Of a stretch of 64,000 bases of DNA, positions 10,667-21,424 are shown in pieces; positions within the stretch are counted from its first letter, which is position 1, and each line of letters starts with the position of its first letter. Both the position numbers and the translations under genes were made by a program. The stretch lies in the IMG/VR virus record IMGVR_UViG_3300047373_000579, positions 8,625-72,624 of that record, one strand, 5' to 3'. The DNA comes from a virus. The notes below the pieces were generated by a model. That model was given only the letters and a program-made list of their open reading frames with translations. It searched no databases and was not told where the DNA came from.

Positions 10667-11466
10667 TGAGTACTACTGAATGGGCAAAATATGGTGGAAT
10701 AGTAACTGAGAGTTTAGTGTTACACTATAATTCTTTAAGTAAAGAGTCTTACCCTAAAACAGGTAATGTATGGAAAGATTTAAGTGGTAATGGCTATGAT
10801 GCGATAATTACAGGAGTTACTTTTAATACAACAGATAACACTTTTAATTTTAATTCTCCTGCAACCCTTAATTATGGTGCGTATATAACAGGATTAAATT
10901 ATGTTACAGGACCTTCAGACCAAATAGAAAACTTAACCGTTGAATGTTGGTGTAAATCTAATAGTGCAACTGCGACAGGTAATGATGATGACGAAAGAAT
11001 AATCATATCTTTTGATAGAAGTTCTGTTTTTAGGTTTGGTATTGGAAAAGACACCAATGCTTTAGCGGAGGGTAAACCCCATTTTGGTTTTGAAACCCTT
11101 TCTGGTACGTTAGATGTGTTAGCCTCTTCCTATGTTGGTGATTTAAGAGACGATACTTGGCATCAAGTTGTTGTCACATTTATTGCAAACGAAACAAATG
11201 GGGTTAAATTTTATATTGATGGTTCTTTGGTTCACACCGAAGCCTCCACTTATGACCCAATAGGAGGTCAAAACGACCCTGGAGAAACCCCTAGATATGG
11301 ATGGGTTGGGACTGGTTCTGAAGCAACAACTGAAGGTGGTACTACTAATCCTGATAATACTTTTTATGGTTTTATCGGTAATTTAAAATATTATTATAAA
11401 ACTTTATCTGCGGATGAGGTATTAAGAAATTATAACGCATTATCAGGTAGATATTCTACTTTATAA
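10666..11466 (+). CDS. LamG/concanavalin A-like domain virion protein
   Basis: GIVTESLVLHY..WKDLSGNG..WHQVVVT..FYIDG..EVLRNYNA. Confidence 0.85.
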   Translation: MSTTEWAKYGGIVTESLVLHYNSLSKESYPKTGNVWKDLSGNGYDAIITGVTFNTTDNTFNFNSPATLNYGAYITGLNYVTGPSDQIENLTVECWCKSNSATATGNDDDERIIISFDRSSVFRFGIGKDTNALAEGKPHFGFETLSGTLDVLASSYVGDLRDDTWHQVVVTFIANETNGVKFYIDGSLVHTEASTYDPIGGQNDPGETPRYGWVGTGSEATTEGGTTNPDNTFYGFIGNLKYYYKTLSADEVLRNYNALSGRYSTL

Positions 11467-11508
11467 TATTTATTAATAAATAACAATTTATGGAAAGGGA
11501 AATAAATT

Positions 11509-11910
11509 ATGGCAAATGAATTTGTAATTAAAAATGGATTTATCTCAAAAGGAGATGGACAAATCGAAAATAATCTAAATGTTAACGGGGAATTTGAGTC
11601 TAGTGGACTAATAAAAACAACAGCAATTAACACAGCCGCCAATCAAAATCCTGTAATAACAAATACATCAGTATTAAGAGTAAGTGGTAGTGGTGGTACA
11701 GACACACCCACAATACCTAATGGAGTATCAGGTCAAAGACTAACACTATATTGTGTTAGTTTTCCGGGTGGTAGAATTACTTACAGTCCATTAACTGGGG
11801 CGGGTTGGTCTTCTTTCGAAATGGGTGCACTAGGTGATTCTATAGATTTAATATATGACTCACCATTTGGTTGGGTTATATTAGGTAATAGAGGTGGTTC
11901 GATAACTTAG
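11509..11910 (+). CDS. Small fibre-tip-like protein
   Basis: The C-terminal domain (GQRLTLY..GDSIDLIYD..GWVILG) is paralogous to the C-terminus of 13200..16190. Confidence 0.75.
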   Translation: MANEFVIKNGFISKGDGQIENNLNVNGEFESSGLIKTTAINTAANQNPVITNTSVLRVSGSGGTDTPTIPNGVSGQRLTLYCVSFPGGRITYSPLTGAGWSSFEMGALGDSIDLIYDSPFGWVILGNRGGSIT

Positions 11911-12046
11911 TATTAATTATGGGGTAATAAACCCAATTTCAGTAGTAGGAGAAGTAATTAACGAAACAGATACTCCTTAAACTAAATTTAATTTAATTCT
12001 TATTTTAATTAATTACTATTGCTAGATATTTATCAATAAAAGCAAT

Positions 12047-13192
12047 ATGTCATTAATAATCAACGAAGCAGAAAAAGCAAAACTTTTTAGACAAGTAAAA
12101 CACAGGTTGGGGGCTCCAATGAGAAAAATTGAATTGGAGGATGAAACTATGTGTACTTTACTTGAGATTTCAGTGGAAGACCACTCAGCTTACATTAATG
12201 AATGGTTAATAGAGGCACAATGGTCATCAGTTTATGGTAAAGATATTTCAGTCACAGACTTATCAAAATCTTTAACAACAAGAGAATTAAGTTATGAAGA
12301 TTCTTTTACCTACGCCTATTCTAAAATTGTCGGTTTACAAGCAAGAGGTCCTTGGGAGTTGAAACAAGATTATGTTGAAATTAAAACAGGTCAACAAGTA
12401 TATGAAATACCGGCTTGTAGAGAAATAAATGAAGTTTTATGGATAACCCCACCTACAATAGATAACGCACTATTTTCTAGTTTTGGATTTGGTGACTATG
12501 GTGGTTTTGGTGGTGGTTTCGCTCAAATGCCTTTTGGTGGAGGAGGAGGAGGTGCTGGTTACGCTGGTTTCTTTTTAGCTTCATCTTACGATATATTAAG
12601 TAGAGATGCTGACTTTGACCTTAAACAAAGAATTATATCTGGTGATTTAATTTATAAAATTACGGCTGGAGCTGATGGTAAAAAATTATTACACCTTATA
12701 CCACCACCAGGTTCAAGAATATCCTTTGGTTTGCCTAGCTTAACTAATGGTATTGATGCAACAGGTAGTAAAGTTTGGTATCATTATTATGAAGCTTGTG
12801 AAGAAGATAGACAAAAATGTTTAAATGATAATAAAGATGTTATTAAACTACCTTCAGATGTTCCTGTAGATGTTGTTAATTTTGATGAGTTAAATACCGC
12901 ATCAAAACAATGGGTTAGGGATTACTTTACAGCGATGTGTAAAGAAACTCTTGGTAGAGTTAGGGGTAAGTTTGGGGGTAATTTAGGTGTTACTGATGCT
13001 GAAGTTACTATGGATTATGATTCACTTTTAGGTGAAGCTAAAGAAGATAAATCAGCTTTATGGGAAAGACTTAAAGAACGTCTTGAGAGATTACAACCCG
13101 ATAAAATGTTAGAAAGAAAAGCTAATGAAGCTGAAAACCTTAATAAAACATTACAGTTTAGACCACTTGGTCATAATTGGAACGTAATATAA
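12047..13192 (+). CDS. gp13: Neck / head-tail adaptor protein (T4 gp13-like)
   Basis: N-terminal RQVKHRLGAPMRKIEL and C-terminal WVRDYFTAMCKETLGRVRGKF..GV, as in gp13-like proteins. Confidence 0.75.
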   Translation: MSLIINEAEKAKLFRQVKHRLGAPMRKIELEDETMCTLLEISVEDHSAYINEWLIEAQWSSVYGKDISVTDLSKSLTTRELSYEDSFTYAYSKIVGLQARGPWELKQDYVEIKTGQQVYEIPACREINEVLWITPPTIDNALFSSFGFGDYGGFGGGFAQMPFGGGGGGAGYAGFFLASSYDILSRDADFDLKQRIISGDLIYKITAGADGKKLLHLIPPPGSRISFGLPSLTNGIDATGSKVWYHYYEACEEDRQKCLNDNKDVIKLPSDVPVDVVNFDELNTASKQWVRDYFTAMCKETLGRVRGKFGGNLGVTDAEVTMDYDSLLGEAKEDKSALWERLKERLERLQPDKMLERKANEAENLNKTLQFRPLGHNWNVI

Positions 13193-13199
13193 TTAAAAG

Positions 13200-16190
13200 A
13201 TGCCGTTTTTAACAAGACCTCATTTCGAGGATAGACAAATAGTACAGTATGGTGAAGATGTTATTAAACTCTCAGGTACAACCAAAATAGCGCCAACAAT
13301 ATTAGATTTTAGTGGTGCAACCACGGGTGAAACCACGGTAACCATAAATACATTAACAGGTTATTTAAATGACCAAAGGTTGTCTGGTTTAGTAGTAGAA
13401 CCAGCACAATTAAAAATTAGTGGCTCAACAGGAACAACAACACAAAACGTAACAGGTTTTGTTTTACAATCAATAGACCCTTATGGTTCTGTAGAATGGG
13501 CACCAATTAGTGGTGTTAGTTGGTCTGTTTCTGCTTGTACCTCACCACTTTATGTTTCTACTATTGAAGCTTGTCCTAACCCAACAGACCCAATTTATAT
13601 AACAGCTGGAAATGTTCAATTTGGTGCAGCACCAAGTCTTATAGCTGATATAACAAATACTAGATTAGGTATTGGTACGGGTTCTCCTAGTGAGAGATTA
13701 CACGTTAATAGTGGTGATATTTTAGTTACAAATAACAACGGTAGTTTTTCTACTGACATTCAAAATTCTGCAGGACCATTAACTCTTTTAAGTGGTGCTA
13801 CAACTGAATTACCTAGGTTTGGTGTCAAAACCCCAACATATGACTCAGTAGTTTTTGGTATTAGGGGTGGTTCAGAACCTAATTTTACAGGTTATGGAAA
13901 ACAAGGAGACGCTTTTATTTATTCATCTAATGAAAATAATGGACTTAACATATTAAGTACTCCGGGGACAGGTACAGATGATTACATAAGATTTTATGCA
14001 GGACAAGATGCTAATGGTACAACACCTGACCTATACATACAAGGTAGTGGAACAACTAGAGGTAATATTGGTATAAATAATGACACACCAACAGAAAAAT
14101 TACATGTAGAAGGTTCAGTTAGAATTGTAGATGGGACAGAACAAAATGGTTATGTACTCACATCTGACGCTAATGGTGTTGGGAGTTGGCAAGCTTCTTC
14201 TGGGGGTGGTACATTCACAGGGAATACATCAGCCACATGTATTACCGATTTATATATAACAAACTTATATGGTTGTTCACCTGTTACAGTTCATGATACA
14301 ATAACCTATGATGGTTCTATAATAGATTCTGAAGCAACCAACTCTTTTATTTTTGGTACAAACCATGTATTAACCGCAACTTCTTTAACACATGGTGTTA
14401 ATGCTGATGCTAATTCAATTTTAGGTGGTTCTAATAATAGAATATTACCTTCCCAAATAGGTACATATAATACTATTATTGGTGGTTCTAACAATACATT
14501 GGGTATTTCTAGAATACAATCTTCAGGGATTATAAGTTCAAGTGGTTCAAGAATTGAGGCTTCTAATGGCCCCAATGTTATTTTAGGTGGTACAAATAAT
14601 AGTATAAACGGTGCCAATGGTAATGTTATTCTAGGGGGGATAAATAATACAACCCAAGGTGGTGGCGCCGCATTTAATGGTATTTTAGGTGGACAAAATA
14701 ATAACCTAACTACATCTGTTTTTCATAGTAACATACTTGGGGGTCAAAATATTACAGGTTCAACTAGTAACACAGTATACGTACCAAATCTAACAGTAAG
14801 AAATGACTATATTTTACATTCCGATTCTGTTTTGGAGGTTGAGGATTTACCGTCTACCTTCGAAGACGAACTTAAGGGTCAGGTAACTTACTTTAATTGG
14901 AGTGGTTTAACAACACATACAACATCCAATGATAACCCTGAAGGTCGTGTAGGGTTTCTTATGGGTAACTTTTCTAATTTCCCAACCACAAAAACTTATG
15001 GTTTTCTAACCTATTATAATTCTGGACATACTAGAAATGGTGCCCCACCTGTGGGGACAGATTTTTATCGTGATAAATTAGTATTAAAAGCAGCTGATGG
15101 AGCTAATGGTATAGTTATTAACCCACAAGCAAATAACCCTTCAGGCAATCTTTGGTTTGAAATGGATGGCACTTCAGTTATGAAACTAAAAGGTGATGGA
15201 GTTAGTAAAGCTAATCTAGGTATTGCAATGAACCCTGACGGCACTGAAGACGCGACCGCTAATTTACAAATAGGTGGTACAGGTACAACAGGTACATTTA
15301 AGTATAGAGACGGTAACCAACAATCAGGTTATGTTTTAACTTCTGATTCTGACGGTAACGCTAGTTGGGGTCCAGCGGGAGCATTTACAGGAAATACGTC
15401 AGCTACATGTATCACAGATTTATATATCACAAATCTTTACGGTTGTTCACCTATAACAGTACACGATAATATACAATCAAGTAACTCTTCAGCCACCGGT
15501 ACAACTTCATTCGCCTTCGGAGAAAATAATAAAGCTTTTGCGACCTCAACATTTGCTTTTGGTACAAATTTAACTGTAAATGGTGAACGTTCTTTTGCTG
15601 GGGGTGGTATTGATAATACTTTAGGCAGTGGTACTGATAACGCTATTATAGGTGGTGACACAAATACTATTGGTAATGGTAACGACTCTGTTATAATTGG
15701 TGGTACTAATAATACTATTCTACCTGGTGTTCAAAGAGCTGTAATTTTAGGTGGTCAAAATATTACTGCTAGTAAAAACGATATAGTACTTATGGATAGT
15801 CTAGGTACATTCAATCCATCTACAATGGCCGGTTTAACTGTTAATGGTGGTAACCTTGTAATCGCTGATGAGATGGTATTATCTAGTGGTGTTGTTACTA
15901 CAGGTAGTGTTGCCGCACCAGGTCCAACAATAACAGGTAAAACTACTTGGGTACTTAATCTAACAGGAGTTAACACATCAGCTTTACCAAACGCTGGTGG
16001 GGCAGGACAAAGATTAGCTGTATACATAAGAGCTGGCGGAGGTGGTGGTAATAGTATGACAATAACACCAGCAACACTTAACGGTTATTCAACAATAACA
16101 CTTACTAATAATGGTGAATCAGTAGATTTAATTTATGATTTTACTTCTGGATGGACTGTTATTGGTGGTAATGGATATATTTTAGCGTAA
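13200..16190 (+). CDS. Large modular fibre protein with ILGGxNN repeats
   Basis: 996 aa, G/T/S/N-rich; RLGIGTGSP and GNIGIN motifs; two GYVLTSD..W..FTGNTSATCITDLYITNLYGCSP blocks. Confidence 0.85.
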   Translation: MPFLTRPHFEDRQIVQYGEDVIKLSGTTKIAPTILDFSGATTGETTVTINTLTGYLNDQRLSGLVVEPAQLKISGSTGTTTQNVTGFVLQSIDPYGSVEWAPISGVSWSVSACTSPLYVSTIEACPNPTDPIYITAGNVQFGAAPSLIADITNTRLGIGTGSPSERLHVNSGDILVTNNNGSFSTDIQNSAGPLTLLSGATTELPRFGVKTPTYDSVVFGIRGGSEPNFTGYGKQGDAFIYSSNENNGLNILSTPGTGTDDYIRFYAGQDANGTTPDLYIQGSGTTRGNIGINNDTPTEKLHVEGSVRIVDGTEQNGYVLTSDANGVGSWQASSGGGTFTGNTSATCITDLYITNLYGCSPVTVHDTITYDGSIIDSEATNSFIFGTNHVLTATSLTHGVNADANSILGGSNNRILPSQIGTYNTIIGGSNNTLGISRIQSSGIISSSGSRIEASNGPNVILGGTNNSINGANGNVILGGINNTTQGGGAAFNGILGGQNNNLTTSVFHSNILGGQNITGSTSNTVYVPNLTVRNDYILHSDSVLEVEDLPSTFEDELKGQVTYFNWSGLTTHTTSNDNPEGRVGFLMGNFSNFPTTKTYGFLTYYNSGHTRNGAPPVGTDFYRDKLVLKAADGANGIVINPQANNPSGNLWFEMDGTSVMKLKGDGVSKANLGIAMNPDGTEDATANLQIGGTGTTGTFKYRDGNQQSGYVLTSDSDGNASWGPAGAFTGNTSATCITDLYITNLYGCSPITVHDNIQSSNSSATGTTSFAFGENNKAFATSTFAFGTNLTVNGERSFAGGGIDNTLGSGTDNAIIGGDTNTIGNGNDSVIIGGTNNTILPGVQRAVILGGQNITASKNDIVLMDSLGTFNPSTMAGLTVNGGNLVIADEMVLSSGVVTTGSVAAPGPTITGKTTWVLNLTGVNTSALPNAGGAGQRLAVYIRAGGGGGNSMTITPATLNGYSTITLTNNGESVDLIYDFTSGWTVIGGNGYILA

Positions 16191-16191
16191 A

Positions 16192-17886
16192 ATGGGAATC
16201 AATAATTACTATTTTAATAATATTGGAGCTCGTTTATGGGACGTGGACAATCAAGATTTTTGGTTATCTTCTGATAATCAAGGACAATGTTTAGATTATG
16301 CCACAGATTGTACAGGTGACTATGATGTTGTAACAGATGGTTTGGTTATTTGGTTTGATATTAACAACACAGGTACTACAATAGATGGTTCTTCTTTAAC
16401 TTCTTTGGTTAGTTGGGAAGACTATGAAATTAGTTATACTTCGGGTTCAACATCTAACTGTGGTTGTTATTTACCCCTACAACAAAACCCTACAGGAATA
16501 ACTTTTTGTGATTGGGGATTGACAGGTGTTGATAATGGTAGATTTGATATGTTATCAGGTATTACCCAAACCATAACTTCAGCTGACACAAAAGTTATTT
16601 TATACCCTGTTACAGGTTACACTGTTAATGACGCAGTTTCTGTTGGAACAAAAGGAAAGTATGATTATCCTTGGACCTTTAGAACAGGTACCACAACATC
16701 TGATGGTTGTTTAGTAGGTGATACTATATGCCTAAATGGCGGTTTTTATCAAGGTTATTTTAAGTTAGATTTAGAAAAACCTAATCCTATAAAATTTACT
16801 GCAAGTACTGTAACTAAATGTGGTAATGAAACTGAAACCGAATATAGTAATGTTGACCCTGATGCTTTAAAATATGATTTGGGTCCCACTAATTTTGATT
16901 GTGGTGAAGGTAATGGTGGTTGGTCCATGGAAACTTGGATTAAATGGGATAACTCTTATTGTTATGATGCCAAAAGAAATACATTAAATGATAATTTCAC
17001 AGGAAACACTGACTTCTTCTTTTATATAGGAACAAGAGCTGAGAATAAATTTAGAAATGTATTTTCAGGTGAATCAGGTTTATATACTTGTGACGGAATA
17101 ATACCACTTCAACCTGATGAAGACGGACCAAGATTAACCACTGATGGTCAATCTTGGTTTTCAATAAATACCTTTAATAGGGGCGGTTGTTGTAATCCTT
17201 GTACTGGGGATACGCCAACTATTATAACAGCGACTACTTATTGTGATGAATTATCTGAAAACGCTTTAGGGTTTAGATTTACACCTGAAGGTAGGATTGG
17301 TTATAGAAAAATGACGGTTGACGGCCATAATTATTGGTGTGAAGAAAGTGGTTCTACAGGTGGTAGTCATTATATGATAACAGGTACCAAAATGGAAGAA
17401 GGGTATTCTCCTGATTTTACCATTAGTGGTAATACTCAAAAGTGGTACCATGTTGTTGTTACTTATTCACAAAATAGTGTTAAAAATGGGTTACCAGCTG
17501 GAACTCTTAGATTTTGGGTCGATGGTAGAGTGGTTTATAGAGTAGAAGATTTTATTGGATTAAAATTAAGACCTTTAAATGACTATAGTTCAAAACAATT
17601 AGGTGTTCCTTATAATATTTCTTGGGGTGGTGGTTCACAAGGTTTAGTAGAATCACAAACTTTTGGTGGTCCCGACCCTAAAGACCAAGACCTACCGATA
17701 GCAACTTATTTTACAGGTACTTTTGAGGGTGAGTTATCACAATTAAGGTTCTATGATAGAACACTTAATTTAATGGAGATAAGAAATAACTTATATGTTG
17801 ACTGTGATAGGTATTGTGTTGAAGTTACTTATGGTGGTTCACAAATAACACAACCAGGTTCACCTTTTTGTGATAACTGTAATTAA
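16192..17886 (+). CDS. Cys-rich LamG-domain structural protein
   Basis: WYHVVVTY..LRFWVDG..FEGELSQLRFYDRTL; about 20 Cys in 564 aa. Confidence 0.8.
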   Translation: MGINNYYFNNIGARLWDVDNQDFWLSSDNQGQCLDYATDCTGDYDVVTDGLVIWFDINNTGTTIDGSSLTSLVSWEDYEISYTSGSTSNCGCYLPLQQNPTGITFCDWGLTGVDNGRFDMLSGITQTITSADTKVILYPVTGYTVNDAVSVGTKGKYDYPWTFRTGTTTSDGCLVGDTICLNGGFYQGYFKLDLEKPNPIKFTASTVTKCGNETETEYSNVDPDALKYDLGPTNFDCGEGNGGWSMETWIKWDNSYCYDAKRNTLNDNFTGNTDFFFYIGTRAENKFRNVFSGESGLYTCDGIIPLQPDEDGPRLTTDGQSWFSINTFNRGGCCNPCTGDTPTIITATTYCDELSENALGFRFTPEGRIGYRKMTVDGHNYWCEESGSTGGSHYMITGTKMEEGYSPDFTISGNTQKWYHVVVTYSQNSVKNGLPAGTLRFWVDGRVVYRVEDFIGLKLRPLNDYSSKQLGVPYNISWGGGSQGLVESQTFGGPDPKDQDLPIATYFTGTFEGELSQLRFYDRTLNLMEIRNNLYVDCDRYCVEVTYGGSQITQPGSPFCDNCN

Positions 17887-17905
17887 ATAGATATTTATAA
17901 TTGAT

Positions 17906-18304
17906 ATGGCACAAAATTTTTACATAAGAAAAAACTCACAACTACCCATTCTTAAAATGAAAGTTAATAATGATGGTAGAAACGATTATAAAAAGATATT
18001 TGAAAATTTAGAAAATGCTGCTGTAACTTTCTCAATGAAAGAAATGGATTGTAGTTCTTGTAAATGGAAAGTTTTCAATAAACAAGGTTTAATTATACCC
18101 GTTGTTGATTCTGATTGTGGTTCAGAACAAGAGTATTACATTGGTTATAAATTTTCTAAAAAAGAAACTAATGAATCTGGTATTTACAAAGGTGAGTTTA
18201 AAATAGATTTCTTAGATGATGGTTGTACTTTAATTGTACCCATTAGAGAAGATTTAATTATCCATATTTTGGATAGTCAAACAATGAGTAGAATTGTTTG
18301 TTAA
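17906..18304 (+). CDS. Structural protein, BppU-N/Ig-like
   Basis: FYIRKNSQLPILKM..GIYKGEFKIDF..LIVP; late motif at 17891-17898. Confidence 0.6.
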   Translation: MAQNFYIRKNSQLPILKMKVNNDGRNDYKKIFENLENAAVTFSMKEMDCSSCKWKVFNKQGLIIPVVDSDCGSEQEYYIGYKFSKKETNESGIYKGEFKIDFLDDGCTLIVPIREDLIIHILDSQTMSRIVC

Positions 18305-18308
18305 AAAC

Positions 18309-18332
18309 AAAACCCCCTTTCGGGGGTGTTTT
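18309..18332. terminator. Bidirectional intrinsic terminator
   Basis: ACCCCC-tttc-GGGGGT hairpin with A and T tracts, between convergent genes. Confidence 0.8.
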
Positions 18333-20799
18333 ATTTTACAGGTTCTATATCTACGGTAACATCACCCTTAGAGTAACCAATTTTAATAGTATCACCTTCT
18401 TTAAGGTCACCATCTAACATTCTTTCAGCTATTGGGTCTTCAACATATCTTTGGATAGCTCTGTTTAAAGGTCTAGCCCCATACTTTTCATCGTAACCAG
18501 CTTCAACTAGATAGTTTCTAAGTTTTGTAGATACTTTAATCTTATAACCCATTTCTAACATTCTTTCTCTTAAATCATTTAAAGGAATATCAATTATTTT
18601 CTTAATATCTTCTTTATCTAAAGATTTAAAAATAATAATATCATCTAACCTATTTAAAAATTCGGGTGAAAAAGCTTTTTTTACTGATTCTTCAATTACA
18701 TTATTTCTAATATCTTCTAAGTTATCAATCTTAGCTTTTGTACCAAAACCTACACCTGTACCGAAGTCTTGTAATTTTCTTGCCCCAACGTTAGAGGTCA
18801 TAATAATTAAAGTATTTCTAAAGTCTACCTTTCTACCCAAACCATCGGTTAGGTGTCCTTCATCTAATACTTGTAACAATATGTTAAATACGTCTGGGTG
18901 TGCTTTTTCAACCTCATCTAACAACACAACTGAATAAGGTTTTCTACGAATTTTTTCAGTTAACTGACCACCCTCTTCATACCCAACATATCCTGGAGGT
19001 GCCCCAACTAATTTAGATACCGCGTGTTTTTCCATGTATTCTGACATGTCTACTCTAATCATAGAGTCTTGTGTTCCAAACATCTCTTCAGATAGTTTTT
19101 TAGCTAAGTGAGTTTTACCTACACCTGTTGGTCCTAAGAATATAAAAGAACCGATTGGTTTTTCGTGATTCTTAATACCCATTCTATTTCTTCTAATAGC
19201 TTTAGATATCTGTTCCACTGCTGAATCTTGTCCAATAACTTTAGTCATAAGTGTTTTAGCCATGTTTTTGAGTCTAGTTAAATCATCTTGTGAAACTTTA
19301 GAGACAGGTATACCCGTAACCATTGAAACTACATTAGCAACATCTTCTTCAGTAATTTCTTTTCTAACTGTGTTTAATTCGTTAGTCCATACTTCGGTTT
19401 CTATTTCCAAATTTTCTTTTAATTTACGTTCTTCATCACGAAGTCTTGCTGCTTCTTCATATTTTTGTGCTTTAACAACGTCAATTTTCTTTTGGTCTAC
19501 CTCAACTATCTTACCTTCCAATTCTAAGATATGTTTTGGTGGTTTAAGGTGTACTTGTGACCTTGCACCAACCTCATCTAAAATATCAATAGATTTGTCA
19601 GGCTGTTCCCTATCAGTAATATACCTATCCGCTAATTTAGCACAAGCCTCTATAGCTTCAAGTGTGTAAAACACTTTGTGATGGTCTTCATACCTATCTT
19701 TAATATTTTTAAGTATTACTAAGGTATCCTCAAGTGAGGGTGGATTAACGGTAACTTTTTGAAATCTTCTAGTTAAAGCCCCATCTTTTTCTATGTTTTC
19801 ACGAAATTCATCTAAAGTTGTTGCTCCAATACATTGAATTTCGCCTCTAGCTAAAGCGGGTTTAAGTATATTAGACGCATCTAAAGCCCCTGAAGCATTA
19901 CCTGCTCCCATCATGGTGTGTATTTCATCTATAAATAAAATAACATCTGTAGTTTTTTCTAGTTCTTGCATGATACCTTTAAGTCTTTCTTCAAATTGAC
20001 CTCTATATTTAGTACCAGCAACTAATAAAGCTAAATCCAAACCAATAATCCTTTTCCCAAATAAAATTCTAGGACATTTTTTTTGAACTATCTTTAAAGC
20101 TAAACCTTCTACAATAGCCGTTTTACCGACACCAGGTTCACCGATAAGAATAGGATTATTCTTTTTTCTTCTTGAAAGAATTTGGGACACTCTTTCAATC
20201 TCTTCACCTCTACCAATAATAGGGTCAATACCACCTTTTGCAGCAATTTCAGTAATATCCCTACCAAAATTATCTAGTATCGGTGTTTCTGATTTTTCAC
20301 CACCTTTTTTACCTCTTATTTTTTCCATGTCTCCGTAATCATCTGTTATACTCATATTTATTTCTTTTTTAATTTCAAGTAATGTGTTTTTAAAATTTTT
20401 ATATTCAATACCTTGGTTTTTTAAAACTTTGGTACCATCTAATTCTTTATCTTTTAAGATTGCTAACATTAAATGTATATCACTTATCCCATCATCTCCT
20501 AATTTGTCTAATTCCATTTCAGAAACACTTAACATTCTTTTAGAACTTTTACTCAAAGATAGTAATTTTTTTTTAATTATAGGGCTTTTTATTTTTAATC
20601 TTAAATAAGCCTCTATTTTTGAGTTTAATTCTTCACAATCAAAACCCATTAAAGATAAGATATCATTTACCTCATTTTCTGGTTTAGATAGTATTGCCAT
20701 TAATATGTGGTCAGGTGTGATTTCACCATAACCCAATCTATCGGACTCCTTATAAGCGTCTTTTAATATTATTCTTATCCTTCTGTTAATAGGTTTCAT
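18331..20799 (-). CDS. clpC: ATP-dependent Clp protease ATP-binding subunit (ClpC-type)
   Basis: Clp N-repeats, GEPGVGKT, LFIDEIH, UVR segment KYEEAARLRDEE, GPTGVGKT, GAPPGYVGY, LLDEVEKAH, GARPL. Confidence 0.95.
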   Translation of the reverse strand: MKPINRRIRIILKDAYKESDRLGYGEITPDHILMAILSKPENEVNDILSLMGFDCEELNSKIEAYLRLKIKSPIIKKKLLSLSKSSKRMLSVSEMELDKLGDDGISDIHLMLAILKDKELDGTKVLKNQGIEYKNFKNTLLEIKKEINMSITDDYGDMEKIRGKKGGEKSETPILDNFGRDITEIAAKGGIDPIIGRGEEIERVSQILSRRKKNNPILIGEPGVGKTAIVEGLALKIVQKKCPRILFGKRIIGLDLALLVAGTKYRGQFEERLKGIMQELEKTTDVILFIDEIHTMMGAGNASGALDASNILKPALARGEIQCIGATTLDEFRENIEKDGALTRRFQKVTVNPPSLEDTLVILKNIKDRYEDHHKVFYTLEAIEACAKLADRYITDREQPDKSIDILDEVGARSQVHLKPPKHILELEGKIVEVDQKKIDVVKAQKYEEAARLRDEERKLKENLEIETEVWTNELNTVRKEITEEDVANVVSMVTGIPVSKVSQDDLTRLKNMAKTLMTKVIGQDSAVEQISKAIRRNRMGIKNHEKPIGSFIFLGPTGVGKTHLAKKLSEEMFGTQDSMIRVDMSEYMEKHAVSKLVGAPPGYVGYEEGGQLTEKIRRKPYSVVLLDEVEKAHPDVFNILLQVLDEGHLTDGLGRKVDFRNTLIIMTSNVGARKLQDFGTGVGFGTKAKIDNLEDIRNNVIEESVKKAFSPEFLNRLDDIIIFKSLDKEDIKKIIDIPLNDLRERMLEMGYKIKVSTKLRNYLVEAGYDEKYGARPLNRAIQRYVEDPIAERMLDGDLKEGDTIKIGYSKGDVTVDIEPVK

Positions 20800-20912
20800 T
20801 AATACTTAAGTATAGTAATCTTTTATCTTTAAGACAACTGGATTTACTTTTTTTAAAATATTTTTTATTTTTAATTACTTAATAATAACAATAAATTATA
20901 AATAACTAAAGA

Positions 20913-21137
20913 ATGGATTTAAATTTGGCACAGTATTGTCTTAAAATAAAATTAATAATTAAAAATACACCATACGATGATGATGAGTTTGGTGGTGGGA
21001 CTTATACTTTAGAATTTGAGGATTCTTTTTACAGAATAGATGGTGGGTATATAATAGTTGAAACTAAAAAAGGAGATGATATTATAGGCCAAATATTCGA
21101 ATTAAAATCAATTAAATCTTATAAAATATGTCAGTAG
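20913..21137 (+). CDS. Hypothetical protein
   Basis: 74 aa, divergent from clpC and overlapping the KTSC gene. Confidence 0.6.
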   Translation: MDLNLAQYCLKIKLIIKNTPYDDDEFGGGTYTLEFEDSFYRIDGGYIIVETKKGDDIIGQIFELKSIKSYKICQ

Positions 21138-21424
21138 TAAAAAAAGAAGAAAAAGAAAATGGGGTTATCGAATGTTTAATCGATTCCTCTAATATTTTAT
21201 TATCAGAATATAATAAATCTAAAAAAACCTTAAAAATAACATTTAAGGCGGGTACACAGTACCTTTATAAAGATGTCTTAGATAGAGACTATGTTAGGTT
21301 TGAAGTTTCTGAAAGTCAGGGTTCTGTTTTTAATAAAACAATGCGTAAGTATGAGTTTGAAAAACTAGAAAAAATAGATACTACTGAATTGTTGGAAAGA
21401 ATAGAAGAAAATAAAGGGGATTAA
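21128..21424 (+). CDS. KTSC domain protein
   Basis: DSSNI..Y..LKITFKAGTQYLYKDV..F..SESQGSVFN. Confidence 0.85.
   Translation: MSVVKKEEKENGVIECLIDSSNILLSEYNKSKKTLKITFKAGTQYLYKDVLDRDYVRFEVSESQGSVFNKTMRKYEFEKLEKIDTTELLERIEENKGD

Noticed and set aside
14215-15460. Duplicated segment as a DGR template/variable repeat pair
   Set aside because: Differences are mostly synonymous and not adenine-specific, both copies are coding, and no reverse transcriptase is in the window.
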